Positions 1 to 10,097 of a DNA stretch of 17,985 nucleotides are shown piece after piece. A program made the translations under genes and the position numbers. The notes under the pieces are model-generated. The model searched no databases. It saw only the letters and a list, made by a program, of their open reading frames with translations, and had not been told where the DNA came from. Origin of the DNA: Octopus sinensis (Eukaryota); NCBI RefSeq assembly GCF_006345805.1, contig NW_021824596.1, positions 1 to 17,985 of the forward strand. Reading direction: 5' to 3'. The stretch's first letter is position 1, and every line of letters starts with the position of its first letter.

Positions 1-11
1 GATATATACAA

Positions 12-143
12 AGGGCTTCCTTTCAGTTTCCGTCTACCAAATCCACTCACAAGGCTTGGTCGGTCCGAGGCATTATATTAGAAGACACTTGCCCAAGGTG
101 CCACGCAGTGGAACTGAACCCGGAACCAACCATGTCCTGCGCC
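12..143 (-). mobile_element. tRNA-derived SINE, family A (head plus central region, internally deleted)
   Basis: Shares CAGTTTCCGTCTACCAAATCCACTCACAAGGC...GAAGACACTTGCCCAAGGTGCCACGCAGTGG.ACTGAACCCGGAACCA with copies at 5177-5329, 14288 and 17890. The minus strand reads a B-box-like GGTTCCGGGTTCAGT followed by the CORE-like CCTTGGGCAAGT. Confidence 0.85.
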
Positions 144-255
144 TATGTATACTATTTTATCGACACCGATAAAACCTTCACAAACTATTAATCAGAATTT
201 CCCGTTACTATTCATCAGACACTTATAATAATTCAGTTATGTTCTTACTTTCGAG

Positions 256-340
256 TGTGTGTGTGTCTATTTGTACGCGCACGTGAGGTGTGTTTGCCTT
301 CACACACATTTACACACACACACCACACACACACACACAC

Positions 341-380
<40 letters not shown>

Positions 381-389
381 CACACCTAT

Positions 390-431
<42 letters not shown>
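256..431. repeat. compound (GT)/(CA)n-(TA)n microsatellite
   Basis: Direct reading of the sequence. Confidence 0.95.
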
Positions 432-433
<2 letters not shown>

Positions 434-482
434 CTTTTATGCCACAAGGGGCTAAACATAGAGGGGACAAAAGGGGACAAAC
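429..482 (-). mobile_element. SINE family B, 3' end fragment
   Basis: TATTTCTTT..CCACAAGGGGCTAAACATAGAGGGGACAAA matches the ends of the copies at 1288 and 3649. Confidence 0.8.
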
Positions 483-1090
483 ATATATATATATGTACGC
501 ATTTATATATATGTATGAATGCACAATATATATAATCGTAAACACACACATATATACGTTCATGTGCACACACACATATATACGTTCCTGTGCACACACA
601 CACACACACATACGCACGTGTGCTTACACACACACACACAACACACACACACATATAGCCTTATTTTATTGATGATTGACGGCTCAAACGTCTAGGTTTT
701 TCTGTTTCCATTTGCCATTTGTCCTTCTAACAATCATTCTTTCTTATCATTGTCATTATATAACAAGCCAGTCATAATGGCGGACATTATTCACAAAATA
801 TCTTTTAGCTGTCTTCATTATGCACCCGTTGACCTCGCCACTAACTCTCAACTGCTGGCTGAAACCTGCCCCCTTGGCGCAATGCTGTGTTTATTCTCTA
901 CCGTCTTCGATGTTTTTACCAACGCTTGATGGTTAATAGAGAAAATATGAGAGTTTTAGTGAACTTGTGATCTAAATGAATAGGTACGCTGGATAAGTGC
1001 TATAGTTGGTCGACCCTTCGGTTCCTAGATCACAGCTAAGGCTGAATGGATCCGTGTGTAAGGGTTCCGTTTATAGCAGGTAGATATTAT

Positions 1091-1242
1091 ATTAGAGGGA
1101 AAACCAAAACCAAGGCAGAACGAGTATCTCAAGCCATTTAGAATAATTTAATTAGGGTAAGATGAATTCACCTTACCTTAAGTAAATTATTCTAAATGAC
1201 TTGAGGTATTCGTTCTGCCATGGTTTTGAATTTTCCTATAAT
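1091..1242. repeat. 152-bp gapless palindrome, probable foldback/palindromic MITE
   Basis: Position i pairs with 2333-i around the centre TGAA|TTCA (1163-1170). A manual count over 76 pairs gives 65 Watson-Crick, 4 G:T and 7 mismatches. Confidence 0.9.
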
Positions 1243-1650
1243 GTGTGTGTGTGTTCGTGTTTGTTCCTCCTCTATTGCTTGACAACCTATTTCTTTACTA
1301 CCCACAAGGGGCTAAACACAGAGAGGACAAACAAGGACAGACAAACGGATTAAATTGATTACATCGACCCCAGTGCGTAACTGGTACTTAATTTATCGAC
1401 CCCGAAAGGATGAAAGACAAAGTCGACCTCGGCGGAATTTGAACTCAGAACGTAACGGCAGACGAAATACGGCTACGCATTTTGCCCGGCATGCTAACGT
1501 TTCTGCCAGCTCGCCGCTTGACAACCGTTGTTGGTGTGTTCACATCCCCGTAACCTAGTGGTTCGGCAAAAGCGACCGATAGAATATGTCCTGGGGTTGA
1601 TTTCCTCGACTAAAATTCTTTAAGGCGGTGTGCTCCAGCATAGCCGCAGG
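1243..1650 (+). mobile_element. SINE family A 3' tail (headless), interrupted by a family B SINE
   Basis: GTGTGT..CTTGACAACC | ..GTTGGTGTGTTCACATCCCCGTAACCTAGTGGTTCGGCAAAAG..TAAGGCGGTG..CTCCAGCATAGCCGCAG is the reverse complement of the tail at 4885-5100 and matches 10823-10886. Confidence 0.75.
1288..1517 (-). mobile_element. full-length tRNA-derived SINE, family B
   Basis: The minus strand has a tRNA-like head with a B-box (GAGTTCAAATTCC), then the central GGTCGACTTTGTCTTTCATCCTTTCGGGGTCGATAAATTAAGTACCAG. It closely resembles 3649-3860 and is flanked by a direct repeat (GC)TTGACAACC at 1277-1287 and 1516-1526. Confidence 0.9.
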
Positions 1651-1805
1651 GAAAAGTAAAAGAGTAAAACGAAATAATTTACCAAAATTTTGCAAAACTT
1701 TTGACTCAGCACAATAACTATCTTCACACCAACCCCTACAACCATCGCACCCACAATCAAGGCTACCGGACCTACCACCATTACCATAACCACAATTACT
1801 ACTGG

Positions 1806-2218
1806 CGGATCTTTTCGGTTTGAACGGCAGTTTTTTCTAGCGGTGTCATATGAAATTGTCACCCATAATTATGACCCTAGTATCGATCTATTGCGTTTCA
1901 ATCTGTTTTAGGGTTAGGGGGGGGAAGGGTACCCTTTTTTCTTCACAAATGTAAATAAACCCAATCTGTTTCTTAAACGAGGGGCATATTCATACGGCAC
2001 AGAATGTTTTTTTTTTACCTCAATAGACGTCAGTGATTGGTTGAAATTGCAGAAATTGAAGAAAAAAACAACAAATATCTTATAAACTATAGAATTTTCT
2101 CAATAAAGCCAAGAGAAGAAGATGTTTTATAAACACATTCTACCAGTATACGAAGTTTAAAAGTGTTTAGTTGCATGGAAATTATTTTAAAAACTGCCGG
2201 TCAAACCGAAAAGATCCC
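1806..2218. mobile_element. non-autonomous DNA transposon (MITE) with 29-bp TIRs; superfamily not assigned
   Basis: GGATCTTTTCGGTTTGAACGGCAGTTTTT (1807-1835) versus the reverse complement of 2189-2217 shows 1 mismatch in 29. There is no ORF inside and no clear TSD, since both flanks are ACC-rich low-complexity sequence. Confidence 0.85.
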
Positions 2219-2221
2219 TAC

Positions 2222-2615
2222 TGCCACCACCAGAAACACAACCATCATACCCACCAGTACAACTACTATCACCACCACCACCACAAATATCAACACCATC
2301 ACCTTAACCTATGCCACCATCACTACTATCTCCTCATCTTCACAGAAAACGACAACCGCCATCAACGCAACCACCTATACCATTGCCACCACCATCCTCA
2401 TAACAATCACTACAACCACCGACACAGCCATCACCTCCATATAACTACCGCCTCAATCACCACCACAGCCATAACCATCATCACTATCGCTATAACAACA
2501 ACAACCACCTCCACCACCACCATCAAAACAACAACAGCCACCATCATAGTCGCCACAACCACCACACTCGCCACCGCAGCAACCACCACCACCATCACCA
2601 CCACCATCACCACCA
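2222..2615. repeat. degenerate (ACC/ACA/ATC)n trinucleotide array (continues 1713-1800 on the other side of the MITE)
   Basis: Direct reading; source of the poly-T, poly-H and poly-V ORFs. Confidence 0.9.
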
Positions 2616-2679
2616 ACTGTACAGTTGTTAAAGTTGACTGATGGCTACCAAACGTTATATGATAGTTTATAAAGGCTTG

Positions 2680-2695
2680 TTGCCAGAGGGCGCTA
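2680..2695 (+). promoter_or_regulatory. candidate CTCF-type motif
   Basis: TTGCCAGAGGGCGCTA matches 11/14 of the consensus CCASYAGRKGGCRS with an intact AGAGGGCGC core. Motif match only. Confidence 0.3.
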
Positions 2696-2775
2696 AAATC
2701 AGCGCCGCACTGATGGTCGTCTGCTTCATCGATTTTTGTTCTTGTCTATTTAACTATTTTATTATAAAGTACGAT

Positions 2776-2789
2776 TATTATTATTATTA

Positions 2790-2830
<41 letters not shown>

Positions 2831-2840
2831 CATCATCATC
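2776..2840. repeat. (TTA)n/(TCA)n microsatellite
   Basis: Direct reading. Confidence 0.95.
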
Positions 2841-3237
2841 GTTGTTATTAATATTTATTATAGTTACTCATCCATCGTGCGTAGAGCGACGAACCAACAC
2901 TAAATTGACTTCGAAAGGTTTGCCAACACAAAACAACGATGTTTCATTATTTCGCGGTACAAATGTTTGCAACATGGCTGAGGGCATCGTGTCAAAATAA
3001 CATGATTACCTCTTGTTTTAGTTTGTAGTTCGGTGAATACTTCTGATTATTTTAAGTTCTTATTCATTAATATTATTGTTGTAGTTGTAGTTGTTGTTGT
3101 TGGTTAATAGTGGTAGCGGTGGTGGTGGTTGTGTTGGTATTATCGGCAATTTTTCTACGGTTTCGCTGTGTATGTACGTCCGCTATCAATACCCATCGAT
3201 TCCGTCTGGTATATGTTTGCACAATGGTTAGTGGCTC

Positions 3238-3380
3238 TGTGTGTGCGTCCGCGTGTGTGTGTGTGTGTGTGCACGCGCGTATGTGGAGGGGTTTAAGCCT
3301 GAGTATGAATTGTTCGTATATGAGTGAATGTATGTATTTTAGTCCGCCAACGAAAAACGATATGCGTGTCTAATGATAGT

Positions 3381-3411
<31 letters not shown>

Positions 3412-3440
3412 TAATGATAAAGGGAGACAGAGAGAGTGTG
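3238..3440. repeat. (GT)n at ~3240-3270 and (GA)n at ~3385-3440
   Basis: Direct reading. Confidence 0.9.
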
Positions 3441-3648
3441 TGTAAATTTTGATATTTAGTGTGCATATATATGTGTATGTATCCATACGTGTAAAATGAC
3501 AGACGGTGTAAGAGCTCCAAATATGTCCCCAACCCCTACGACTAGAACTGGCTTTAAAATAAGTTTGTTTAATGCAACGGGATATAAACACACTGGACGA
3601 GTTCAAAACATAACCGGCGTATGGAACTAGCAACGGCTATTTCATACC

Positions 3649-3860
3649 TATTTCTTTATTACCCACAAGGGGCTAAACATAGAGGGGACAAACAAGGACA
3701 GACATAGGTTTTAAGTCGATTACATCGACCCCAGTGCGTAACTGGTACTTAATTTATCGACCTCGAAAGGATGAAAGGCAAAGTCGACCTCGGTGGAATT
3801 TGAACTCAGAACGTCACGGCAGACAAAATACGACTACGCATTTCGCCCGGCTGACCGCCT
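3649..3860 (-). mobile_element. tRNA-derived SINE, family B (near full length)
   Basis: Colinear with 1288-1517, with a short deletion in the head. Confidence 0.9.
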
Positions 3861-3883
3861 CCTACACCAAATTATACATCCAG

Positions 3884-3885
<2 letters not shown>

Positions 3886-3918
<33 letters not shown>

Positions 3919-3929
3919 CACACACACAC
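3886..3929. repeat. (CA)n microsatellite
   Basis: Direct reading. Confidence 0.95.
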
Positions 3930-4260
3930 GCCCTATGAGAGCTGTACTTTGAATGCAGCGGTCTGGCTAAACTATTTCAATACAAATTTAAACACGTACA
4001 TACACAGACGTGGATATTAAGTTTTGATTTTATTTCTCACAGCCTTATAAACATGAATACATAGTGTTAATTGCTTAAATAGTGTCAGAAACTAATCGAG
4101 TACAGATTTGCTATGAAGCATGAAGTTTAAAAAATAAACATCTTTAAATACTGGCTACAGTCTCAAGATACAACGCTTAATTTGGCAAGCTCTTCAGACT
4201 AGTAAACCCTGCAGGATAGTTCAACATAGCAGCCACTGCACTGAATGGCTAACTTTTAAA

Positions 4261-4769
4261 TATCAGACCATCCCATAAGTTCTGTCCGATTTTACCTTTT
4301 TAAAAATGGAATGAAGTTTAATGGTATTTTAGAATGTCTAACAGAATTATTTTTATGTATTTGTGTATTTTTAAACTAATTAAATATTATGTTATAGAAT
4401 AATAGAATTAAAATTTCTTTGTTTAAATCCCTTTCTAACATGGAAGTATCCAAAGAGCATTTGAATCACATAATGCTTTATGAGTACAAAAAAGGAAACT
4501 CTGCAGCCGAAGCGACCCGAAACATACACTCAGTTTATGGGAAAGAATGCTTGAATGAAAGAACTTGCAAAAGATGGTTTGCAAAATTCAGAAGTGGAGA
4601 TTTCAGCCTTGAAGATGAAGATCGAACAGGACGTCCGGCTGAGTTTGCCGATGAGTTCCTTGAGACATTACTTGAAGAAAATCCTGCATTATTAGTTGAA
4701 GAATTGGCAATAAAGCTTAGTTCAAACCATACAACTATTCATCATCATCTTCAACAACTTGGAAAGATT
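4261..4769 (+). mobile_element. 3'-truncated mariner transposon (putative left end, leader and transposase N-terminus)
   Basis: TA followed by TCAGACCATCCCATAAGTTCTGTCCGATTTT (4261-4293) resembles a mariner TIR. An AT-rich leader follows, then the transposase ORF. No matching right TIR was seen. Confidence 0.75.
4440..4769 (+). pseudogene. mariner (SETMAR/Hsmar1-like) transposase N-terminal bipartite HTH DNA-binding domain, 110 codons, catalytic domain absent
   Basis: MEVSKEHLNHIMLYEYKKGNSAAEATRNIHSVYGKECLNERTCKRWFAKFRSGDFSLEDEDRTGRP...EELAIKLSSNHTTIHHHLQQLGK carries the mariner hallmarks WF.KFRSGDFSLED, GRP and HL..LGK. It stops before the WVPHEL and DD34D motifs. Confidence 0.9.
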
Positions 4770-4792
4770 AGAACTCAGAACGACAGGCATCT

Positions 4793-4876
4793 GCCACATC
4801 CACTCGCAAAGCATGAGACTTGCCCAAAGTGCCACACAGTGGGACTGAACCCGGAATCATGTAGTTCGGAAGCAAG
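4793..4876 (-). mobile_element. SINE family A fragment (a short family B-like piece GAACTCAGAACG lies at 4771-4782)
   Basis: ATCCACTCGCAAAGC..GACTTGCCCAAAGTGCCACACAGTGGGACTGAACCCGGAATCATG matches the family A head. Confidence 0.8.
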
Positions 4877-4884
4877 ATTCATTT

Positions 4885-5329
4885 TTTTTTCGTTTTACTT
4901 GTTTCAGTCTTTAGATTGCGGCCATGCTGGGGTACCGTCTTTAAGAAATTTATGTCGAATAAATCGACCCCAGTACTATTTTATTTTTTAAAGCCTGTAC
5001 TTATTCTATCGATATCTTTTGGCCAACCGCTAGATTACGGGAACGTAAACAGACTAGCACCGGTTGTCAAGCGTTGATGAGGGACACATACGGACACAGA
5101 CACACGCGTACACACACACACCACACACACACACACACGTACATACACTCGTACACACACACACACATCTTCAACGTGCTTCTTTTCAATTTCCGTCTAC
5201 CAAATCCACTCACAAGGCTTTGGTCGGCCTGAGGCTATAGTAGAAGACACATGCCCAAGGTGCCACGAATGGGACTGAACCCAGAACCATATGGTTTGGA
5301 AGTAAGCTTCTTACGATAGTCACTCGTCC
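4885..5329 (-). mobile_element. full-length SINE family A (tRNA head 5177-5329, internal (CA)n, tail 4885-5100)
   Basis: The head matches 12-143 and the tail is the reverse complement of 1519-1650 and 10823-10886. The same head-(GT)n-tail order is seen at 14288-14540. Confidence 0.85.
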
Positions 5330-5341
5330 ATATATATACAT

Positions 5342-5395
<54 letters not shown>

Positions 5396-5536
5396 ACACA
5401 CATACATACACATACTCACACACACGCCTGCACGTACGTCCACGCAGTCTCATACACACACACATAGCCATGTTTAATTATTTATAAATTATACATATTC
5501 ATAGAACATTTATGTGTATGTATTCGCTTTCTCTCT

Positions 5537-5617
<81 letters not shown>

Positions 5618-5635
5618 ACACCACACACACACACA
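5330..5635. repeat. (TA)n and (CA)n microsatellites
   Basis: Direct reading. Confidence 0.9.
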
Positions 5636-5762
5636 GAACGCATAAACGAAACGAAAACGGTTTCCAGGTGAAACCTTTTGACTGCGAACCAAATCAAACT
5701 CGAAAGAATAAATAAACATAACAAGTAAATGAAATAAAACAGAAATAAACAAATAAAATCAC

Positions 5763-5972
5763 CTCAGCTAATTTACGAAGTCTTACAACGTTTGTACTAA
5801 GGCTTCTTGATTGCCAGCCGGTAGGTGGCGCTGCTGGTTTTTCAAAGAAACATTTGAATAGATCACGAACTTTTAAGAAGAGGAAGCCGATGTCGAAAGG
5901 ACACGTCGAATTGACTGGACGAAAGTTGAATTGGAGAGAGTGCATGTAATATGTGCGAAGGGTTTGTAGAGG
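5763..5972 (-). CDS. candidate internal coding exon of an unidentified host gene (70 aa: PLQTLRTYYMHSLQFNFRPVNSTCPFDIGFLFLKVRDLFKCFFEKPAAPPTGWQSRSLSTNVVRLRKLAE)
   Basis: On the minus strand the acceptor is TACTTTCACAG|CCT and the donor is GAG|GTGATT. The length is exactly 210 bp, phase 0-0. Only this frame is open (the other two minus frames hit TAA/TGA). The sequence is non-repetitive and more GC-rich than its flanks. The protein was not recognised. Confidence 0.6.
5818..5833 (+). promoter_or_regulatory. candidate CTCF-type motif (inside the candidate exon)
   Basis: CCGGTAGGTGGCGCTG matches 13/14 of CCASYAGRKGGCRS. Motif match only. Confidence 0.4.
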
Positions 5973-6169
5973 CTGTGAAAGTATGTAAACATGAGTTTTT
6001 GGAAGTTTTCTATTCCACTTGAGCAAAGAAAGAAAGGAGAGAGAAATTTTTTTCAATTTGTTATTTATAGCAATTTCAAAATGTTCGACTGTGTTCCGTC
6101 TCACCGACCCCAACATCTCTATTCTTCTCTTTCTTCGCTTCTTCCTCCACCCTTAATACACACACACAT

Positions 6170-6302
6170 CTATGTATGTATGTATGTATGTATGTATGTA
6201 TGTATGTATGTATGTATGTATGCATGCATGCATGTATGTATGTATGTATGCATGCATGCATGCATGTATGTATGTATGTATGTATGTATGTATGTATGTA
6301 TA
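6170..6302. repeat. (TATG)n tetranucleotide array with TGCA variants
   Basis: Direct reading. Confidence 0.95.
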
Positions 6303-6498
6303 TTTGAATACATAGAGACTGGTTTATGTATATACGCATACACCTAGACTTGTGTGTGTGTACATATGCGTGTATAACAAAATATGCATTTAGTAACATA
6401 CACGTGTGCGCTCGTGCATGTGTGTTTAAGTACATATGTAAATATGTACACACACCAATATAAAGAGAGAAAGATCAGATACATACATAATCATATTC

Positions 6499-6538
<40 letters not shown>

Positions 6539-6661
6539 ACTGACAGACAGATAGATTGATGGATAGATGGATTGGCAGACAGACAGACAGACATTGCTAG
6601 GTAGTTAGTTAGATATAGACAAATAGATGGATAGATACATAGACAAATATATATATATATA

Positions 6662-6817
6662 GTTAATCCAAACAAGAAAACACAAAAAAACACAGCAACG
6701 CGAGGACGTGAAACAAATAAAGTATTATTGGACGCTCAGGGAAGAAGGAGGGTTTAACGTTTCGAGCGGAGCTCTTCATCGGAAATATAGGAGAAGGAAA
6801 GATCCCGAGAAGGGAAA
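6662..6817 (-). mobile_element. short (TA)n-adjacent interspersed repeat, putative non-autonomous Penelope-like/retrozyme element, copy 1
   Basis: Reverse-complement homologue of 11885-12068, directly abutting a (TA)n run, and containing a hammerhead-like motif. Confidence 0.75.
6752..6786 (-). ncRNA. minimal type I hammerhead ribozyme motif (copy 1)
   Basis: The minus strand reads ATTT-CCGATGA-A-GAGC(TCC)GCTC-GAAAC-GTT-AAAC: core C(C)GANGA, 4-bp stem II, GAAA, loopless palindromic stem III (AACGTT), GUU cleavage triplet and a 3-bp stem I. Confidence 0.55.
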
Positions 6818-6902
6818 GATAGATAGATAGACAATTAGATAGATAGACAGACAGATAGATAGACAAATAGATAGATAGATAGATAGATAGGTAGACAAAT
6901 AT

Positions 6903-6934
<32 letters not shown>

Positions 6935-7119
6935 ACTGACAGACAGACATAGCTAGGTAGTTAGATAGATAGATACATGGATGGGTGTGTGGGTCGATAG
7001 ATAAGTATATAGATTGATAGATATGACGTGTTGTACAGGGTTGAATTTCTGTTTTTGTATATATATATGGTGTGTGTGTATCTAAATAGTGCCTGTGTAT
7101 GGGTGTATCCTTCACTGTA

Positions 7120-7297
7120 ATCTTCAACATTACTACAGCCACCACCACAACCACCATCCTCCTTTTCATCATCATCATCATCATCATCGTCACTAGCAGC
7201 ACCGTTTTTATTCATGTCTTCATTTTCATAGTCACCGTCGGTATCCTCCTTTATCCGCCATTATCTCCACCATAATCATCATGATCATCAAAAGCAT

Positions 7298-7347
<50 letters not shown>

Positions 7348-8030
7348 TCCTCATCATCACTTTTACCACCAGCACCCCTCCCCATCATCATTACAATCAA
7401 TACCACCGCATCTACTTCGACCACCACCATCAACATCATCGCATCTACAACTACCACCACCCCTACCATCAACACCACCACAACTACCACTATCATCAAC
7501 ACCATCACCTCTACAACTATCATTACCACCACCACCACCACAATCATAATCATCATCACCTCTACTACTACTACTACCACCACTACTACTACTATCCTCA
7601 TCATCACTATTATCACCAGCACCCATCATCATCATTACCATCAATGCCACTACCATCACCAACATCATCATCGCATCTACAACTACCATCTCCCCTACCA
7701 TCAACACCACCACAACTACCACTACCCCTCCCATCAACACCACCACAACTACCACTACCATCAACACCATTACCTCTACAACTATCATTACCACCACCAC
7801 CACAATCATAATCATCATCACCTCTACTACTACTACTACTACTACTATAACCATCACGACCATCGTTAACGTTTGTAATTCCAACACCGACACCCGCCAT
7901 CATTACTACCATAACTAACCACACACCACCACCACCACCACCACTATCACAGCTACCAAACCAACCACTACAACAGCAACCACCACCACCAACACCACAA
8001 CAGCAATAACAACGACGACGATAACAATGA
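7120..8030. repeat. (CAC/CAT/TAC/CAA)n low-complexity array with a higher-order duplication
   Basis: Direct reading; source of the poly-H and poly-V ORFs. Confidence 0.95.
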
Positions 8031-8419
8031 AATACCACCATGCAAATAGAGAAATTCACAAATTCACAGAATCACAAAAATCAAACATAAATACATACAA
8101 ACAGACAAATATAACAACCCCGGATAACGACTGTAATGCGGCGCACTGGTTTTCATTTGAAAGTAGACAGTTGTATAAATCTATTTCTTTATTCATTGCC
8201 TTCATAAATTCTACTAAACAAACTGAGAACAAAGTAAACCATATCCGCCATTTTATATGCTACTATTTCCGCTTACACAAATACAAACTGACGAAAAAAA
8301 AAAAAAGGAAAGAAAAATAAAGAAGAAAGAGTAGTGGGGGAAAGAAAAGCCGCCATTGTCACAATCTATTACTCTTCGCCCAGAAAGCAAAGCAAAAACC
8401 AAGACACACATACACACAC

Positions 8420-8770
8420 ACAACAACAACAACGACAATAATACTACTACTACTAATAATAACAACGACAAATATAATAGTATTAGTATTAATAGCATAA
8501 TAGAAATAACAATAATAGAAATAATAATAATAATAATAATGATGATAATAATGATAATAATACAAGAAGTTGTTTACTTAACATACGTCTAAGCTTTTGT
8601 ATTTTGTATTTCGGTATGTATGTTCGTATATATACGTTCCAATGTGTTTATATATGAGAGTTAAGTTTCTCTCTCTCTTTCTCTCTCTCTCTCTTTCTCC
8701 TCCCCCTCTCTCTCCATCTATCTTTTTCTATCTCTCCTTTCCTCGCTCTCTCTCTTCTTTTCTATCTCAC
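8420..8770. repeat. (AAC/AAT)n at ~8420-8560 and (CT)n at ~8665-8770
   Basis: Direct reading. Confidence 0.9.
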
Positions 8771-9049
8771 TCTGAAATCGTATTGACAGAAAAAATTTTA
8801 ACAGTAAAGCCAACTAAATCGTTATTCCTGCCATCTTACAAGAACCATTCTGTCTTCGAAAATAATTTCCTGTTTACATTAACGATTCTTGCAAACCATT
8901 CGCTAAACCCATTAACGGTTTAATATTACTGTTTGTACATTGCTTGTTCTGTGATTTGGTTTTTATTGTTTTTTTTGTTGTTATTGCTTTTATGGTATTT
9001 TTCTTATATTTTTCTTTTTGCTTTGTTCTTTACTCTGAGTCTTCTTATA

Positions 9050-9181
9050 TACATAGATGTATACATACATACCGACATACATATATACATACACGCATAC
9101 ATATATATTTATATACCTACACACACTGTTACACATACATACATTTCGACGTATGTGTATGTATGTGTGTATGTGCCTGTG

Positions 9182-9226
<45 letters not shown>

Positions 9227-9720
9227 ATACACGTATCCACACACGCATATACATATATATATACTCACATATACATATATCTTTACATATGCGTTTATGT
9301 ATGTATGAGTTTATATATATATATATATGTGTGTGTCTGTATGTGTATGTGTGTATATAATATACATATGCATATATTATATATCTGTATGCATCTATAT
9401 GCAGGCCTATGTGTATATATACATACCTACAAATGTGTATCTGCGTCTCTCTCTCTGTATGTAAATATAATATATATATATATACATACACACACACACA
9501 CATATATATATACATACACACACACATATATATATATATATATACATACACACACACATTTATATATATATATATATATACATACACACACACATATATA
9601 TATATACACATACAAACACATATATATACACACACACACATATATATATATATATACACACACATATATAGGCATGTGTACATGCACATATACACGTACA
9701 TACGTACGAATACACACACA
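9050..9720. repeat. compound (TA)n/(CA)n array
   Basis: Direct reading; source of the YIYI and HTHT ORFs. Confidence 0.95.
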
Positions 9721-10097
9721 CATTCGTCATTGTTTATTTTTATATATGTATTCTTGTCTTCTTTTTTTCTTCTTCGTTATTTATATTTTCTCTGCTATGA
9801 ATTTCGGTGAAAATGGAATTCAGTTCAAGATAGAGCTCAACATCTGTGTTTCTCATTTCAAATATTTACCAAAAGATTTCCCAAATCAAATAGTTGCAGA
9901 TGTAAAAAGCCGGACCATTTCTAACTCGTTTTATCAATTCGTTGTTTTAATATAATACCATTTCCGTAGCTCTTTCATTTCCCGCTGTCTCCATTGTTCC
10001 GTTAGTCACGTTTAACAGAACTTCTTAAGTCGAGTCGCTTGTTTGTTTTATTTTTAAACTTAAAAACAGTGATTTCTGTAGAGATTACAACAATAAC

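Larger units (their letters stand above)
6500..7015. repeat. (GATA/GACA)n array interrupted at 6662-6817 by an interspersed element
   Basis: Similar sub-blocks (GATAAACTGACAGACAGA..GCTAGGTAGTTAG) occur on both sides of the insertion. Confidence 0.9.

Noticed and set aside
778-930. 50-codon ORF MADIIHKISFSCLHY... with a good start context, plus a possible minus-strand terminal exon nearby
   Set aside because: Short, unrecognisable, with weak splice signals and no independent support.
1355-1558. Near-identical ORFs RNWYLIYRPRKDERQSRPR at 1355-1558 and 3734-3952
   Set aside because: They are antisense readings of two family B SINE copies and not a gene duplication.
4770-4991. C-terminal extension of the 190-aa ORF
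   Set aside because: Read-through into SINE fragments with no transposase similarity.
8240-8275. YY1-like CCGCCATTTT and adjacent ATTTCCGC motifs
   Set aside because: Short motifs with no CpG-rich promoter context, expected by chance.
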